This document shows positions 1 through 11,253 of a stretch of 64,000 nucleotides of DNA, in pieces (positions within the stretch are counted from its first letter, which is position 1; each line of letters opens with the position of its first letter). Source of the DNA: Pseudovirgaria hyperparasitica (Eukaryota); NCBI GenBank assembly GCA_010093815.1, contig ML996565.1; one strand, given 5' to 3'. The notes beneath the pieces were generated by a model. That model was not told where the DNA came from. It saw nothing but the letters and a program-made list of their open reading frames with translations, and did not search any database. Position numbers and translations under genes: made by a program.

Positions 1-1477
1 CGCTGATAGACACCTTCTCTTACCCAACGACTGCTTTAGTTTCGCCATAACATGCAAGCGGATACACACAGGCCTGGAAATATCCCTACGACGTCATGGC
101 GAGCTTTGGATTCAACACAAATCCCTTGTAATTCCTAATTACCATGTAGATGACACAGCGGACGCTCTTTCTGGCTTCTTGTCTGATCCGTACAAGATGA
201 ACTATCTCACAAGTCTAACCATCAATAGTTTTTCATTGGATCAGCCGACAGTCTTGACTAGACTGTTCGGCGATTTCAAGGAGTCACTATTGGCCAAATC
301 CCTAGAATATGGGCTTACTTCAACCGCTTACATTGACAAGGCGGGAGGCACCGATCTACTCGCGAAACAAGTGGAAAACATCCTCTTCGCTAGTGGAGAG
401 TGGCCTGCGTGCTACTCAGAGCTATGCTGAGTGTTTTACTATACTTGTCACCAGAGTTGAGGCAGCTCACAGTCCGAGCAGGGAATGAGGCACATTACGA
501 TTCAAATGAAACCTGGTATGATACATGGTACATGTTCTGCCTTGCCCACCGTTATATACCCTCGTCTAAAGCCTTGGCTAAGCTCAAGCATGTTTCTTTT
601 CCACCGGATCCAGTGTATCCTGATGGACCACCAAAGCACATCATATACGCTATGATGTTTCTGCCAAGTCTGCGATCAATCGAAGCATCATATGTAACCG
701 AAGACGATATCAACAAGCATTCTACCATGTCCAGAAATCACGAATCCTCTGCGACACAGGATTATGTGGAGGACCTTCTGGAGGACAAAAATCGTCGGCT
801 TCAAACTCAAATCGCAAGCATCAAGCTTAATGAATTGTGACTTAAGGCCAACGTCTATCGAAGCAATTTTACAATGTGCCCCAGCCCTCGAAGAACTCTC
901 CTACACGAGTGTAAATAGCTTGAACGACAGTTTCAGAGCCTGCACAGTCTTGATTTGTATTGCGAAAGTGGCTGCAGCAACGCTCCGCCATCTTACAGTG
1001 AATCTTAAAGTAACCGAACAAAGACAAGAGTGTTCATGCAACCAAGATGGACGACCAAGGCTCGAAAGAATGTGTAGTAGTTTTGCAAACTTCAAACATC
1101 TACACACGCTGACCATCAACTTCACCATCATCGGGAAGAGGAATATGAGCGCAAGCATCTATCATTTCACAATCGACCAACTCCCACCATCCCTCGTCAT
1201 CCTCGAGTTCCTCCCTGAGCTACGAGGACATCAAGCTGTCATCGTAGATATGCTACGAAAGAAACCACACCGCCTGCCACTACTAAAGAAGCTCACTATG
1301 AGACGCACAACGCCGCTGACTCGCGAAAGTAGTTGCTGGGAGACAGCATATCTCGAAGAAGAACGAGAGTTCCTAGAAGCCGGGCTCAAGGAGGCTGCAG
1401 AGTCAGCGAATGTACGCGTGATGTGGACCGATTACCGAAACCAGAACCAGCGGGTCGTGTCAGAAGGACTGATGTAG
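1..1477 (+). pseudogene. F-box/LRR-like protein, 5' end outside window, broken by two frameshifts (pseudogene or assembly indels)
   Basis: The frame from base 2 reads ADRHLLLPNDCFSFAITCKRI, matching VADQDYLSADDCFSLALTCRTL of the paralog at 9003-10613. Similarity continues in ORF 400-840 (MLSVLLYLSPELRQLTV) and ORF 764-1477 (MNCDL...APALEELSY, LPPSLVILEF). No plausible introns at the frame changes near 400 and 830. Confidence 0.65.
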
Positions 1478-2264
1478 AGGCGAAAGGAATCATGATGGAT
1501 GTGAGAACTCAAGTAGTGTGATTGAGTCACTGATTCGCATTAAAACCAACAAGTACAATTACTCGTAGAGATAATAGGATGATCTTGAATGATGTATGCA
1601 CCTTACCAATTCGTTTCAATCTACTAGTATCATGTTCATGCTACAACATTACTTATGCCTAGATTCTCTTTTTCATAGAAGTCAACTTCAAACATTAAGC
1701 TTCTACACGCAGCGCCGACTCTAAATAGTGCTCATGGGCTTGTCATGGCAGTGTTCCAGAGTACAAATTATTTTCCACAGATTGTCGTTGATCTATGAAC
1801 CGGTAACTTTATATGAAGCCACCGCAGGGCTGACAATACATTTGAAACATTGACTACGGAGATTTGCAGTGGCCGTGTAAGGATGATTGATGCGCGCTCT
1901 GCTTTGCGTGAAGGTTTGGACTTGCTACTTCATCAAGGAGAACTTGTACTTCGTGTGCTCAAACCCGGCATCACTTGGACTGCGACAATCTAGATGTTAT
2001 TTGCTCATAAGGAGCATGAAAAGGAGGTGCTAGAGTTACACTGACGTCCATCTCTAATTACTTCGCGTCTAGACCTGGGAAGAGGCCAATATTCGAGGAC
2101 TTCCATCCTGTGTCAGTGGGAATAAAGAGCAAGTTCGTGGTACTAGTATCAGGTATGTCTATATAGTCTATTACCAATCTTGCGCTATGCTATGTGGACA
2201 TCGACATTGTATAGCCTGCCAAATTACGAAAAGAATCGACCTACAGACGAGTAGAACGGGACCT

Positions 2265-3435
2265 TCATTGAGGACTACCACCCTTCAAGATCCACTCATC
2301 GTCACCAATCTTCTTTCCCCTGGCGATCCAGCGCTCCCGGAAGGCTTCCTTGCGCTGCTTTGCGAATGCGTCCAATGCCGGCCAGTAAACGTCGTGCTCG
2401 TATTCAAAGTTAGCTTCACCACCCCAAGATTTCAACAATTGCGATGGCGGGATATTGCTAGTGTACGGTTCGTTGAATCGAATCTTCTCCCTAGTGAGAG
2501 GGTCTATAAATGGTGTGATCACCTTGAAAAACATGCTGATAATCATGGGCACTTTCAGCTGGTTAATAAAAGATTCTATCAGTCTTAATTTTGAGACACG
2601 TACATTGAGAGATGAGCGCTCTTCCAAGGCGTTCCGGATAGTATGTCTGCAGAATGTTGAGCACATTACGAGACATGGCCATGGATGGGCTCGTCTTGCG
2701 GCTGGAATTTGCAAAATTGATGACGAGGGCCAAAGTCTCCTGTCCAGGAGGCATGATATCGATCGCCCTTTCAAGTAGATACACTAAGTGGTGAACCTGT
2801 CTCTCAGACTCTTGAGTGTTTTGTTTTGAGGGATCCTGGTACAGACATGGTCTTCCGTTGATGTCGTACCCTATAATCACTTGTTTCCCAGTCTCATTCT
2901 CGGGCGCCGTGTGTTCTGCAGTGATCTTGTCATATATACCAAACTCCCGTCTCCATGTCAGTGTGGCCTGTAAACGAGTAATGGCTTCATTTGGAGCCCA
3001 TTTGGTAGCACGAAGGTATCGAAGGAGGCAATTGCGAGTCAACCACATGCGCTCTTCGTCGGTCAGGGGTGCTTTGGAGGTGCCTTTTGCAGTGTCCGGT
3101 ATCTCAGTCCATGCCTCGACGGCGGCAAGGACAGTGTCATATTTCTTCTGCTGCTCTGCTGTGGGCTCCGGTGGAGACCCAGGCTTGCACGTATCGAGCG
3201 GGTGTGCAATTGGCAGCTTGAACACTTCGTCATCCTTCGGAGTCTCGGTTGCGACGGGCTTCGAGGATAGCTCAGGTGCAACTACAGCTGGGCCAGGAGC
3301 CACTTCGGAGGTCTTTTCGGAGTTATCGGAGGAGCCCGCTGGTGTCGCATCATCGGAAACGGTAAGAGAGGCTACTTTTTCATTAAGCAGTGTATCTGTT
3401 GCTGGGACAGCTTGGGGTTCTGTGGTGGTCGCCAT
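2265..3435 (-). CDS. PDR16: CRAL-TRIO/Sec14-family phosphatidylinositol transfer protein (Pdr16/Sfh3-like)
   Basis: Motifs WLTRNCLLRYLRATKW, ENETGKQVIIGYD, QTYYPERLG, PFIDPLTREK. Intron 2552-2603 (GTACGT...AAG) joins the two ORFs in frame. Confidence 0.9.
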
Positions 3436-3737
3436 TATGAGGACAACTCCTCTAATACAATCGAGGGATGGAAGAGTTGGCAATTGCAAGGGTTCATGAG
3501 GACGAGTTTCGGAATGAGAGTGAACGCCTAAGAAAACGCACGGGTCATTACCTCTTTGGTGAGCTTAATCTCACCGCACTGGCTTCCGTGGCGGCGGACA
3601 CATATCGCACAGATCGGGTGGAGCAGAGGACGAGATGGATTCCCGGCCCGGGTTTCTTTTTGGGTGCACGGTGCCCCTTAGGTCCGACCCACCCTGCCTG
3701 CTAAGCTCGAAGCAGCGCTAAATGGACCCTGCCACAG

Positions 3738-3781
3738 ACGCGTCCTCGGTCCAAGGGTCGCGTCTCCGGATTGTCGCGCGT
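3738..3781. promoter_or_regulatory. MCB-like element cluster upstream of POL12
   Basis: ACGCGT at 3738-3743, TCGCGT at 3758-3763 and TCGCGCGT at 3774-3781, all within 120 bp of the POL12 ATG. Confidence 0.6.
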
Positions 3782-3854
3782 TCAGAAAAGCTTCGTGAAC
3801 TCGACTGAGCCCTCCACACACAGCAGAACGACATCAATCAGTACAAGGAACAAC

Positions 3855-6007
3855 ATGGCCGAAGTCAACTCTGAGCTCAATGAGCTTTTCGCTCCCCCAG
3901 GGAAGGATCTCCCGGAAGCTCTGGTTAACGAATTGGAAGCTATCATGCGCCTGCACTCTATCGATGCCCAGGAAATGTTCTACAAGTGGGAATCATACAG
4001 CATAAAGATGGGCGCAGAGAACTCGACGCTAGATTTGAAGACTGCGCGAGACTTCAAGAAAGATCTGCAGGATTCTCTAGAGAAAGATGTACGCTCGAAG
4101 AATCACGCCCGACAAGCAGATAAAAGAGTGGTCGGTGCTACCCCACGAGCAGCTGCAAACTCAGACGTCTTTGGAATGTAAGTAGTAGCTATCGGGCGGT
4201 TGCGTGGGTACTGACTGATTCTAGGCTTGATGGGCTTGTCGCGCATACTCCACGTCCTGCTGCAAACAACACAAACGGCACCGTAAAGAGAAAGTCGAAT
4301 TTCGAGACACCCGGGTCTGAAGTCAACAAGACACACGCCGCGAGCTCCCCTGGAGAATTCAAGACACCAAATGATGCCAATGCTACATTGTGAGTAGGAC
4401 CTGGACGCTAGCTATATGGCGGCTGACACTCTGGAACAGGATTAATTTTGCGGATCGAGCAAAGAAAGCTGAAATCGAACACACAATTAACAGCCATATC
4501 GAGCTTCCTTCGAACGAGGAAGCACCCTTGGCTCCTCGATTTGAGATCAAGGCTCGTACCGATATGGCCAAGTTCGCGTACAAAACCATGGCCATGAAGC
4601 TTTCTGAGGCATCAGAAGTCTTGGACGATAGGATAGACGAGTTTATCGATATACTTACAGAGTCTGGTACCGTCAGCAGAGATTCGATCGGGAATCCAAC
4701 GAATCAAAGCACAAGTGAGATCGTGACTGTGGGACGTATAGCGTCTGACTCAAGCGAAGGGCGTCTCAATCAATCGTCCCTGGTCCTCGAGACATCTAGA
4801 CGTACTGGAAGGGGCCTCCGAGTGCCCCTGCGAACTGGTAATCTTCCTGAATACGCATTTTTTCCTGGCAAAATAGTTGCCCTACGCGGGACTAACGCCT
4901 CAGGAGACTACTTTACTGTCTCCGATATCATCCCTCTCCCTGTCCAAGTCGAAGCTGCAAGCCGTCCAGATGAGGTGGATGCTTTGAATTCCCGCCTCTC
5001 AGGCCCTATGGATGATAATGCTGCCCCCCTGACCATTATCTCTGCAGCAGGCCCTTACACTACCGACTCAGACCTCGACTTCTCCACTCTCAGTACTCTT
5101 CTGGAAACAGCCCAAGCCATCCATGCCGATGCCATAATTCTTCTTGGGCCGTTTCTAGACGCCGAGCACCCTCTGATACGCACAGGTTCCTATCCTCCTC
5201 CGCCGTCCGCTCCTGGCTCCGAATCGCCCACCCTCGCAGACCTCTTCCGACAGCATATCAGCACCAAGATTGCCGCCTTCACTTCTGCCAACCCAGCCTG
5301 TCATGTAGTCCTGGTACCTTCTCTCCGTGATGCTGTCTCTCGCCATGCTGCATGGCCACAGGATCGTCTTCCAAAGAAGGAACTCGGACTACCCGCGAAA
5401 CGAGTACACGCTGTCACGCACCCCATGACACTCAGCATGAATGAATTTCTGGTGGGCATGAATAGCCTAGATGTGTTCGATATGATTCGCAGAGAAGAAT
5501 GCGTTGGAGGTCGCGCGAAGGCAACTAATATTATGGAACGGGCACCGCGGGCTGTCATCGAGCAGCGGACATTTTGCCCGATCGTGCCGCCCACGGCACG
5601 TGAGAACATGACTGCTGTGGGTGAGGTCAAGGAAAACTACACAGGGGATGAGGTGCGTGAGCAGTTTCGTCCGGTTGGGGCGATGCTTGATACGAGTTAT
5701 GTCAAGCTGGGCGAGTTCAGTGGTGCGAAGCCTGATATGCTGATTCAGCCGAGTGTCCTGCCTCCTTTTGCCCGGGTAAGTTGTATATCATAGTTTTCGC
5801 GTGAACGACTGGCTGATCTGTGTCGTACAGGTGGTGGAGAATGTGCTCGTGATCAACCCAGGGAGTATGGCGAAGAGGAAGGCGTATGGGACGTATGCAC
5901 GCATTACGGTCATGCCTAGGGAATTGACAGAGGAGGAGAGGGAGAACGCGAGTACGGTACCGAATAAGATATTCGAGAGGGCTCGTGTGGACATTGTGCG
6001 AATATGA
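3855..6007 (+). CDS. POL12: DNA polymerase alpha-primase B subunit
   Basis: Motifs MFYKWESY, EVLDDRIDEF, VGRIASDSSEGRLN, FFPGKIVALRG, AGPYT, LLGPFLDAEHP, VLVINPG. Introns 4178-4224, 4390-4439 and 5776-5830. Confidence 0.95.
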
Positions 6008-6589
6008 CATGGACATGACTATCTCTTGGGTATTTGCGAAGTCCCTGATCTTCTGGCGTTTGGGCTGCATTGTTATCGACACTTGTTCCTCCTCACGCCT
6101 CAGCGGGATGTTACAAAGATAAGATCGTTCCGGGTGGTGCTAGTTACGATTTGAGACATGTATAGAGAATTGCAAAACTTTCGTGATGTGGTAGATAACG
6201 AGCGTGGAATTCAATGTTGAAGCTCCACCGTTGCTACAGAGTCGACGAGGGTAAAACACCTATTTATGCACCCATTGTTACGCGCCAGGTGTATTGTCAT
6301 CTCGACCTTCGTGTCTTGTACGTCTTACATTACATTCTCATCGAACATAACGGTACTAGATTGGACATCAGAGTAAGAACCGGTTGGTCATAGTGATTAG
6401 CAGAATCCCTCTTACTGTCTGGCATAATCACAGATATAACTGTTCTATTATGCTAAGCCATATCTAGACTAGCGGTTTTGAGCTTGTCACAAGGTTGTAA
6501 ACATTACCACACTTCAATCACTTTGGTGCCTAGTAACACCTCCAGATACCTTCAAAATTAGTCTCATTCGCACGAACTATACACTCCTA

Positions 6590-6996
6590 ATGGTATGAAT
6601 TGCTCCACCATATACAACTTACCTTCAGCTTACAACCCTCAGTCTCGCGACTCCTCCCGCACACAGCTCCACCTCCGCTCCCCACACCACGCCGACCTCT
6701 TCGAGGCCTTCACCCGCGCGCCTCTCACTCCCGATGATATCACCATACCACCACATCTCCAGCCTCCGAACCCCGAAGACGAGGACGATGTTGTTCCCGA
6801 CCAGCATGCGGCTTTCGGCATCCAGCGCGCGACTATGAAGCAGCGTGAGCCGACATGGAGGGACCTGGGCCTCGAAGAATTGGTAAAGAAGGGCCCGGAG
6901 GATATCTTGGGTGAGAAAGGTGCTTCGGCGAAGGGTGGAAGTGTGGGAGAACAGTTAAGGAGGAAGAAAGCCTCTGGCAGTGGGTTGCCGCGGTGA
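6590..6996 (+). CDS. APC13: Anaphase-promoting complex subunit Apc13/Swm1-like protein
   Basis: SRDSSRTQLHL...DDITIPPHLQPPNPEDEDDVVPDQHAAFGI...EPTWRDLGL resembles fungal Apc13. Model: ATG 6590-6592, intron 6593-6642 (GTATGA...CAG), then TCT CGC GAC in frame. Confidence 0.75.
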
Positions 6997-7342
6997 AGAG
7001 AGCCTCAGTTGTTATGCTGCTCGAGCAAAGACATTGCATCGAATGATGCCTGAGAGGCATAATTGCCAGGATACAAAGTTTATCGCCTCTCAAATCATGC
7101 CTATGGTGTGCAAGTCTCTGCACGATCAACGAATCCTCATCAACGAACACTACGTGTGGTTGTATCTGGTGTCTATTGGCCCGACGGGAGATAGTGTGGT
7201 ATACCTAAAGTCACCCATTGCTGGCTGGCGATGATGGACCCGCAGAAATGTATGGACAGTCGAGCCACAGGAAGCAGGTGTAAATGAAAAAGGAGAATAT
7301 ACTTTTTCCCAATCAGAGCTCCACTTTACCAGTAGCAATCAT

Positions 7343-8218
7343 CTACTTCTTGCAGACCGCCACGATAGCCATCATTGAAAGACCAACCAGCTCTACTTCG
7401 ATCTCCTTGTCTCCGTGGTACACCATCTTCTTTACCTTCTTGGCATACTTTACCACAGTCTTCTGCAGCTCCGCCAGTATCTCGTCCCTCTTTCCCTTCA
7501 TCCACGGCACAGCCTCGGTCAACCTCACCAAAAAGTTCGCGATCTTCTCCTCGCTTTCCGCTGCATACCACGCCTCGAAACTACCCATCTGCACATTCTC
7601 AAACCCGGCCTCCCGCATGACTTTCTCTATATACTCCGGATCAAACCACTTCTTCGCTAGCGGCAAATCAAACGGTTCTGTCCCCGGCAAGACCACAGCC
7701 TGCGCATCCCGAACTGGATCAAGGTACCCGAAACTCCTCCAAGAAGTTACTACCGCCGTGCCACCCGGCTTAACGGTGCGATGAATCTCGCGACTCGCCC
7801 TCTCGCCGTCCACGAAAAGCGGGAGCCCCATGTTCGTAAACGAATGCGAGAAAACGTCGTCTTGCAGTGAACTTAGATCCTCCGCCGGCGCAACGACGAA
7901 GTCTGTGTTCTGCACTGGGAGCGCGAGGCGCGCAAGCTCGGCTTTGGCGACGCGGATCATTCCTGCGGCGCCGTCTGCGAGAGTGACGTGGGGAGGAGAT
8001 AATTGACTGAGTTTGAAGGGCCGGAGGATGGCCTGGGATATGGCGCCGGTGCCGCTTGCGTTGTCGAGGATCGTGGAGGTGGAAGTGATGGGTGGGCTTA
8101 TGGAGATGATGTGGCGGGCGACGTCGACGGTGCAGCCGCCTGTGTTTTCGTCGTAGCCGTCGGCAGTTCTGTCGAACATCTCAATGGAGTTCGGGATCTT
8201 GGATGGTTGGGATGCCAT
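7343..8218 (-). CDS. Class I SAM-dependent methyltransferase
   Basis: Intronless 291 aa ORF with motif I ILDNASGTGAI and downstream EIHRTVKPGG. Confidence 0.85.
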   Translation of the reverse strand: MASQPSKIPNSIEMFDRTADGYDENTGGCTVDVARHIISISPPITSTSTILDNASGTGAISQAILRPFKLSQLSPPHVTLADGAAGMIRVAKAELARLALPVQNTDFVVAPAEDLSSLQDDVFSHSFTNMGLPLFVDGERASREIHRTVKPGGTAVVTSWRSFGYLDPVRDAQAVVLPGTEPFDLPLAKKWFDPEYIEKVMREAGFENVQMGSFEAWYAAESEEKIANFLVRLTEAVPWMKGKRDEILAELQKTVVKYAKKVKKMVYHGDKEIEVELVGLSMMAIVAVCKK

Positions 8219-9002
8219 TTTTGTTCTTTGTTTGTTGAAAATATCGAGGAATTCCTGAATGATGATTATGGTGGTGGTGATGGTGGTGGCTCGTGATGAC
8301 AGCGATGTATTTATATATATGCTGAGCGGCCAGCTTGTAAGTCGTTGCGTTGCTGATTACCTTGATGGCAGTCTTGGCTTTTGTACCTTGTTCAAACTTC
8401 CATAAGCGAGCGAAATACGCGTAGACAGAAGCGTAAGCATGTATGAGAAAAGGGCTGTGGTGTGCTTCATGGCCCAGGACGTTTAGCCTCGCAAACTTAT
8501 TCTATTACCCGTTTCGGACAGTTCTGAGACATTTGTTGCCGATTGGTACCAATGCAGGTTACTAAAAAGTCTCCGAGAGACATACCAAGGCTGCGTAGGT
8601 GTCAAGCTAGCGGTGTTACATCCATGCAATAGCAACCTCAGGGGCTTTAGTATGTTATGAAGCGGCCAATGCGCTGTCTTGGAAGGGCCTCATGGCACAA
8701 TAGAACGATATGGCATAATGAAGTATAGTGAAGTTGTCAGAGTTCAGAGGCTTTTTAATACAGCAATAAGCATGGTATTAGGATACGATCACGTCCACTT
8801 TCTTTTTTTAAACATTTTTAGATTGATTCTATTGGATACCAACATAGCAGCACTGAAGCATCTATCATCTGTGTGAGCCCGGGATCCCATCCCACGTTCC
8901 CGGCTACTGATACCTCATCCTCTGGTCCAAAAATCACGTCTCTTTGACTTTCCAGAATGAGATTCATGATAGACTACCATGCGAGTGGCTAGGCTGTTGT
9001 TC

Positions 9003-10613
9003 CTAAGCTTTTCGCCAAACAACGCCATGAACCTTGCCCAGGAAAGTCCAGTTGACGGCGACAATAGCAGGCTTCGCCGCGGAACTCGAGCGGGAATCTG
9101 CGATATCCTCGAGATAATTGGTACCAAAGAACTCGAGTGCACAGAGGTTCGGGGGAAGTAAATGTGTAATGTCGTCCTTGAAACTCTTGTGGTGCTTGAA
9201 CGAGTCCTGCCAGGTGCGTTGAGCAAAGGTGCTTATGTTGACGCGGAGCGACTGCAGGTGCTTGAAACGCGAGAAGTCCACGCGGCTGTCTTGAGACCAA
9301 TAGGCAGATAATTCGGAGGTCCAAAAATCGGACCGATCCATGTCCATGATCCGGATAAAGAGGGTCTGAAGACTGTTCGATAGGGTTTCAGCCACAGCAT
9401 GAACGATATGGTCCTGTCGATTCCACTCCGGGGCAAACTTCCCTCGTTTGATTTCTTTTTCAGAATACGCGAAGTGCTGCAGGTTTGGCGTGTACTGGAA
9501 ATAGTGGCGTAAGATCTCGTATGATAGGTCGCAGTTAAATAACTCGACTGTCGTGAGTGAGGATCTGTGTAGGCCCATCTGGTTCTTACAGCCCGTGATG
9601 GCTTCCATCCAAATGGTATTGTTACAAGGGTACACGACATGCCTTCGTCCATGTCTGTCGGACCTGGGAGCCGGATGATGGAGCCTGTTGTAGTACGAGT
9701 TGCAAACTCCGAAGCCGTACACAGTTTCTAAACGGGGCAGTAGCAATGCCATGAAGAAGGAGTCGAACTTCAAATCCTCGGGTTCTGATCTGTTCTCCCG
9801 AGCAAAGATGGAGATGTCCTTACACATGTGCGATCGAAGAGAAAGATGCCTGAGCCTGGAGAGACTTGACTTGCCTCCAGACACAAAACACTCTTTGCAG
9901 AGCATCTGAAAAAGGGCGAAAAGGAAGTCATCATTGCGTTCGCGGTTCTGATCGCAGATCTCCAGGCGTTGGAGGTACCGACAACTTGCAAGCAGCATGG
10001 CGAAAATTCGTAGGAGGTCGGTGTTCCGTGTATCAGGCATCCGAATCAGAGCGGCTTCCGGCGATCGCGTAAATCCAGTAAGTCCCAACAATGCCCACGG
10101 AAGTTGGCTTAAGATGAGAGCAACTGGTATGATGTGCTCACCCACATGTATGATCATGGAATCGATATCGCTCCTTGATGAGTTGTCAATGAACCGAATT
10201 GGAGAGCCAAGAAACTGGTGACTTTCAGAAACAAGACGAAGAGTCTTGATGAGTTCATACAGTTCTTGGCTTTCCGATTCCCGGTCGATGGAATCTCCGT
10301 GGTCAGGGGGAAATCCACTTCCTGTGGCGTCGCTGGGCATCCCGATGATCATCTCTCTGACGTACTGTGTCAAGAGAGCGTCGCCAAAGACTGACTTGGT
10401 GAAATCCAGTGCCCGTCCATAGCGGTCATTGAGGTTTATGATCAGACGTCCCCACTGAACATACAGTTTTTGATGCTTATCCCAGATGGGCATGATCGCA
10501 TGGTTAAGCGTTCTGCATGTCAATGCTAGGCTGAAGCAGTCGTCCGCTGAGAGATAATCTTGGTCAGCGACCATGCAAAGTAGTTCCGTCGGTAGGTCTA
10601 CAAGGGTTGTCAT
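9003..10613 (-). CDS. F-box domain protein with degenerate LRR-like C-terminus
   Basis: N-terminal LVDLPTELLCMVA...LALTCRTL F-box; LxxLxL repeats (LQRLEI, LRHLSL, LQTLFI, LQSLRV). ATG 10613 preferred over 10739 because it directly precedes the F-box. Confidence 0.8.
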   Translation of the reverse strand: MTTLVDLPTELLCMVADQDYLSADDCFSLALTCRTLNHAIMPIWDKHQKLYVQWGRLIINLNDRYGRALDFTKSVFGDALLTQYVREMIIGMPSDATGSGFPPDHGDSIDRESESQELYELIKTLRLVSESHQFLGSPIRFIDNSSRSDIDSMIIHVGEHIIPVALILSQLPWALLGLTGFTRSPEAALIRMPDTRNTDLLRIFAMLLASCRYLQRLEICDQNRERNDDFLFALFQMLCKECFVSGGKSSLSRLRHLSLRSHMCKDISIFARENRSEPEDLKFDSFFMALLLPRLETVYGFGVCNSYYNRLHHPAPRSDRHGRRHVVYPCNNTIWMEAITGCKNQMGLHRSSLTTVELFNCDLSYEILRHYFQYTPNLQHFAYSEKEIKRGKFAPEWNRQDHIVHAVAETLSNSLQTLFIRIMDMDRSDFWTSELSAYWSQDSRVDFSRFKHLQSLRVNISTFAQRTWQDSFKHHKSFKDDITHLLPPNLCALEFFGTNYLEDIADSRSSSAAKPAIVAVNWTFLGKVHGVVWRKA

Positions 10614-11253
10614 TGTGTCTGTAGAAAACGATTTGGAGAATGTGATTTGGAGGATATGATGTGAAGTATATGATATGGAGAATATGGTTTCGAGAATATG
10701 ATAGTAGAGTGACACTAGCATGGAGAAGGAGATTCCCATGAAGTAATACTCAGTCCTTATTTATAGATTTCCGGATATTGATGGAGAAAGACGCCGTAAA
10801 TCAGACACGAGTACGCACGCCAAACCATATCCGGACGTATATCTAACCCAACACGGCAATACAGAACCCTGGGACACAGAACCAGTGTTTACTGCTGGAG
10901 CCAAAAAGAAAAAGATGCTACGAAAAAAAACCCTGGTCCGGACACGATGCAGATCGTAAAAAAGACGTCTAAATGTACCGCTTACATGACATACATCTGG
11001 TACAGAACCACGCTCAATTATGCTACCCTATTCACGTATGCTGTGTACAATATTTCTTATGAGTCGCTATAAAGGTGGATTTCACATGAGAACTGTCTGC
11101 ATGATTTACATCTATTCTACATAATACGTCTCATCGTCGCATGACCTTCCCTGAAAATGCTCTATAGATGTGATGTTTTCGAACGCCAAAACTCTCAAAT
11201 GTCCGCAGCCTCACTGCCCCCCCTTTAGTGATGCATCATGATATGTGAGTAAT

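Noticed and set aside
8915..9226. Possible frameshifted true C-terminus of the second F-box gene
   Set aside because: The alternative frame shows no clear similarity to the paralog's C-terminus; undecidable by eye.
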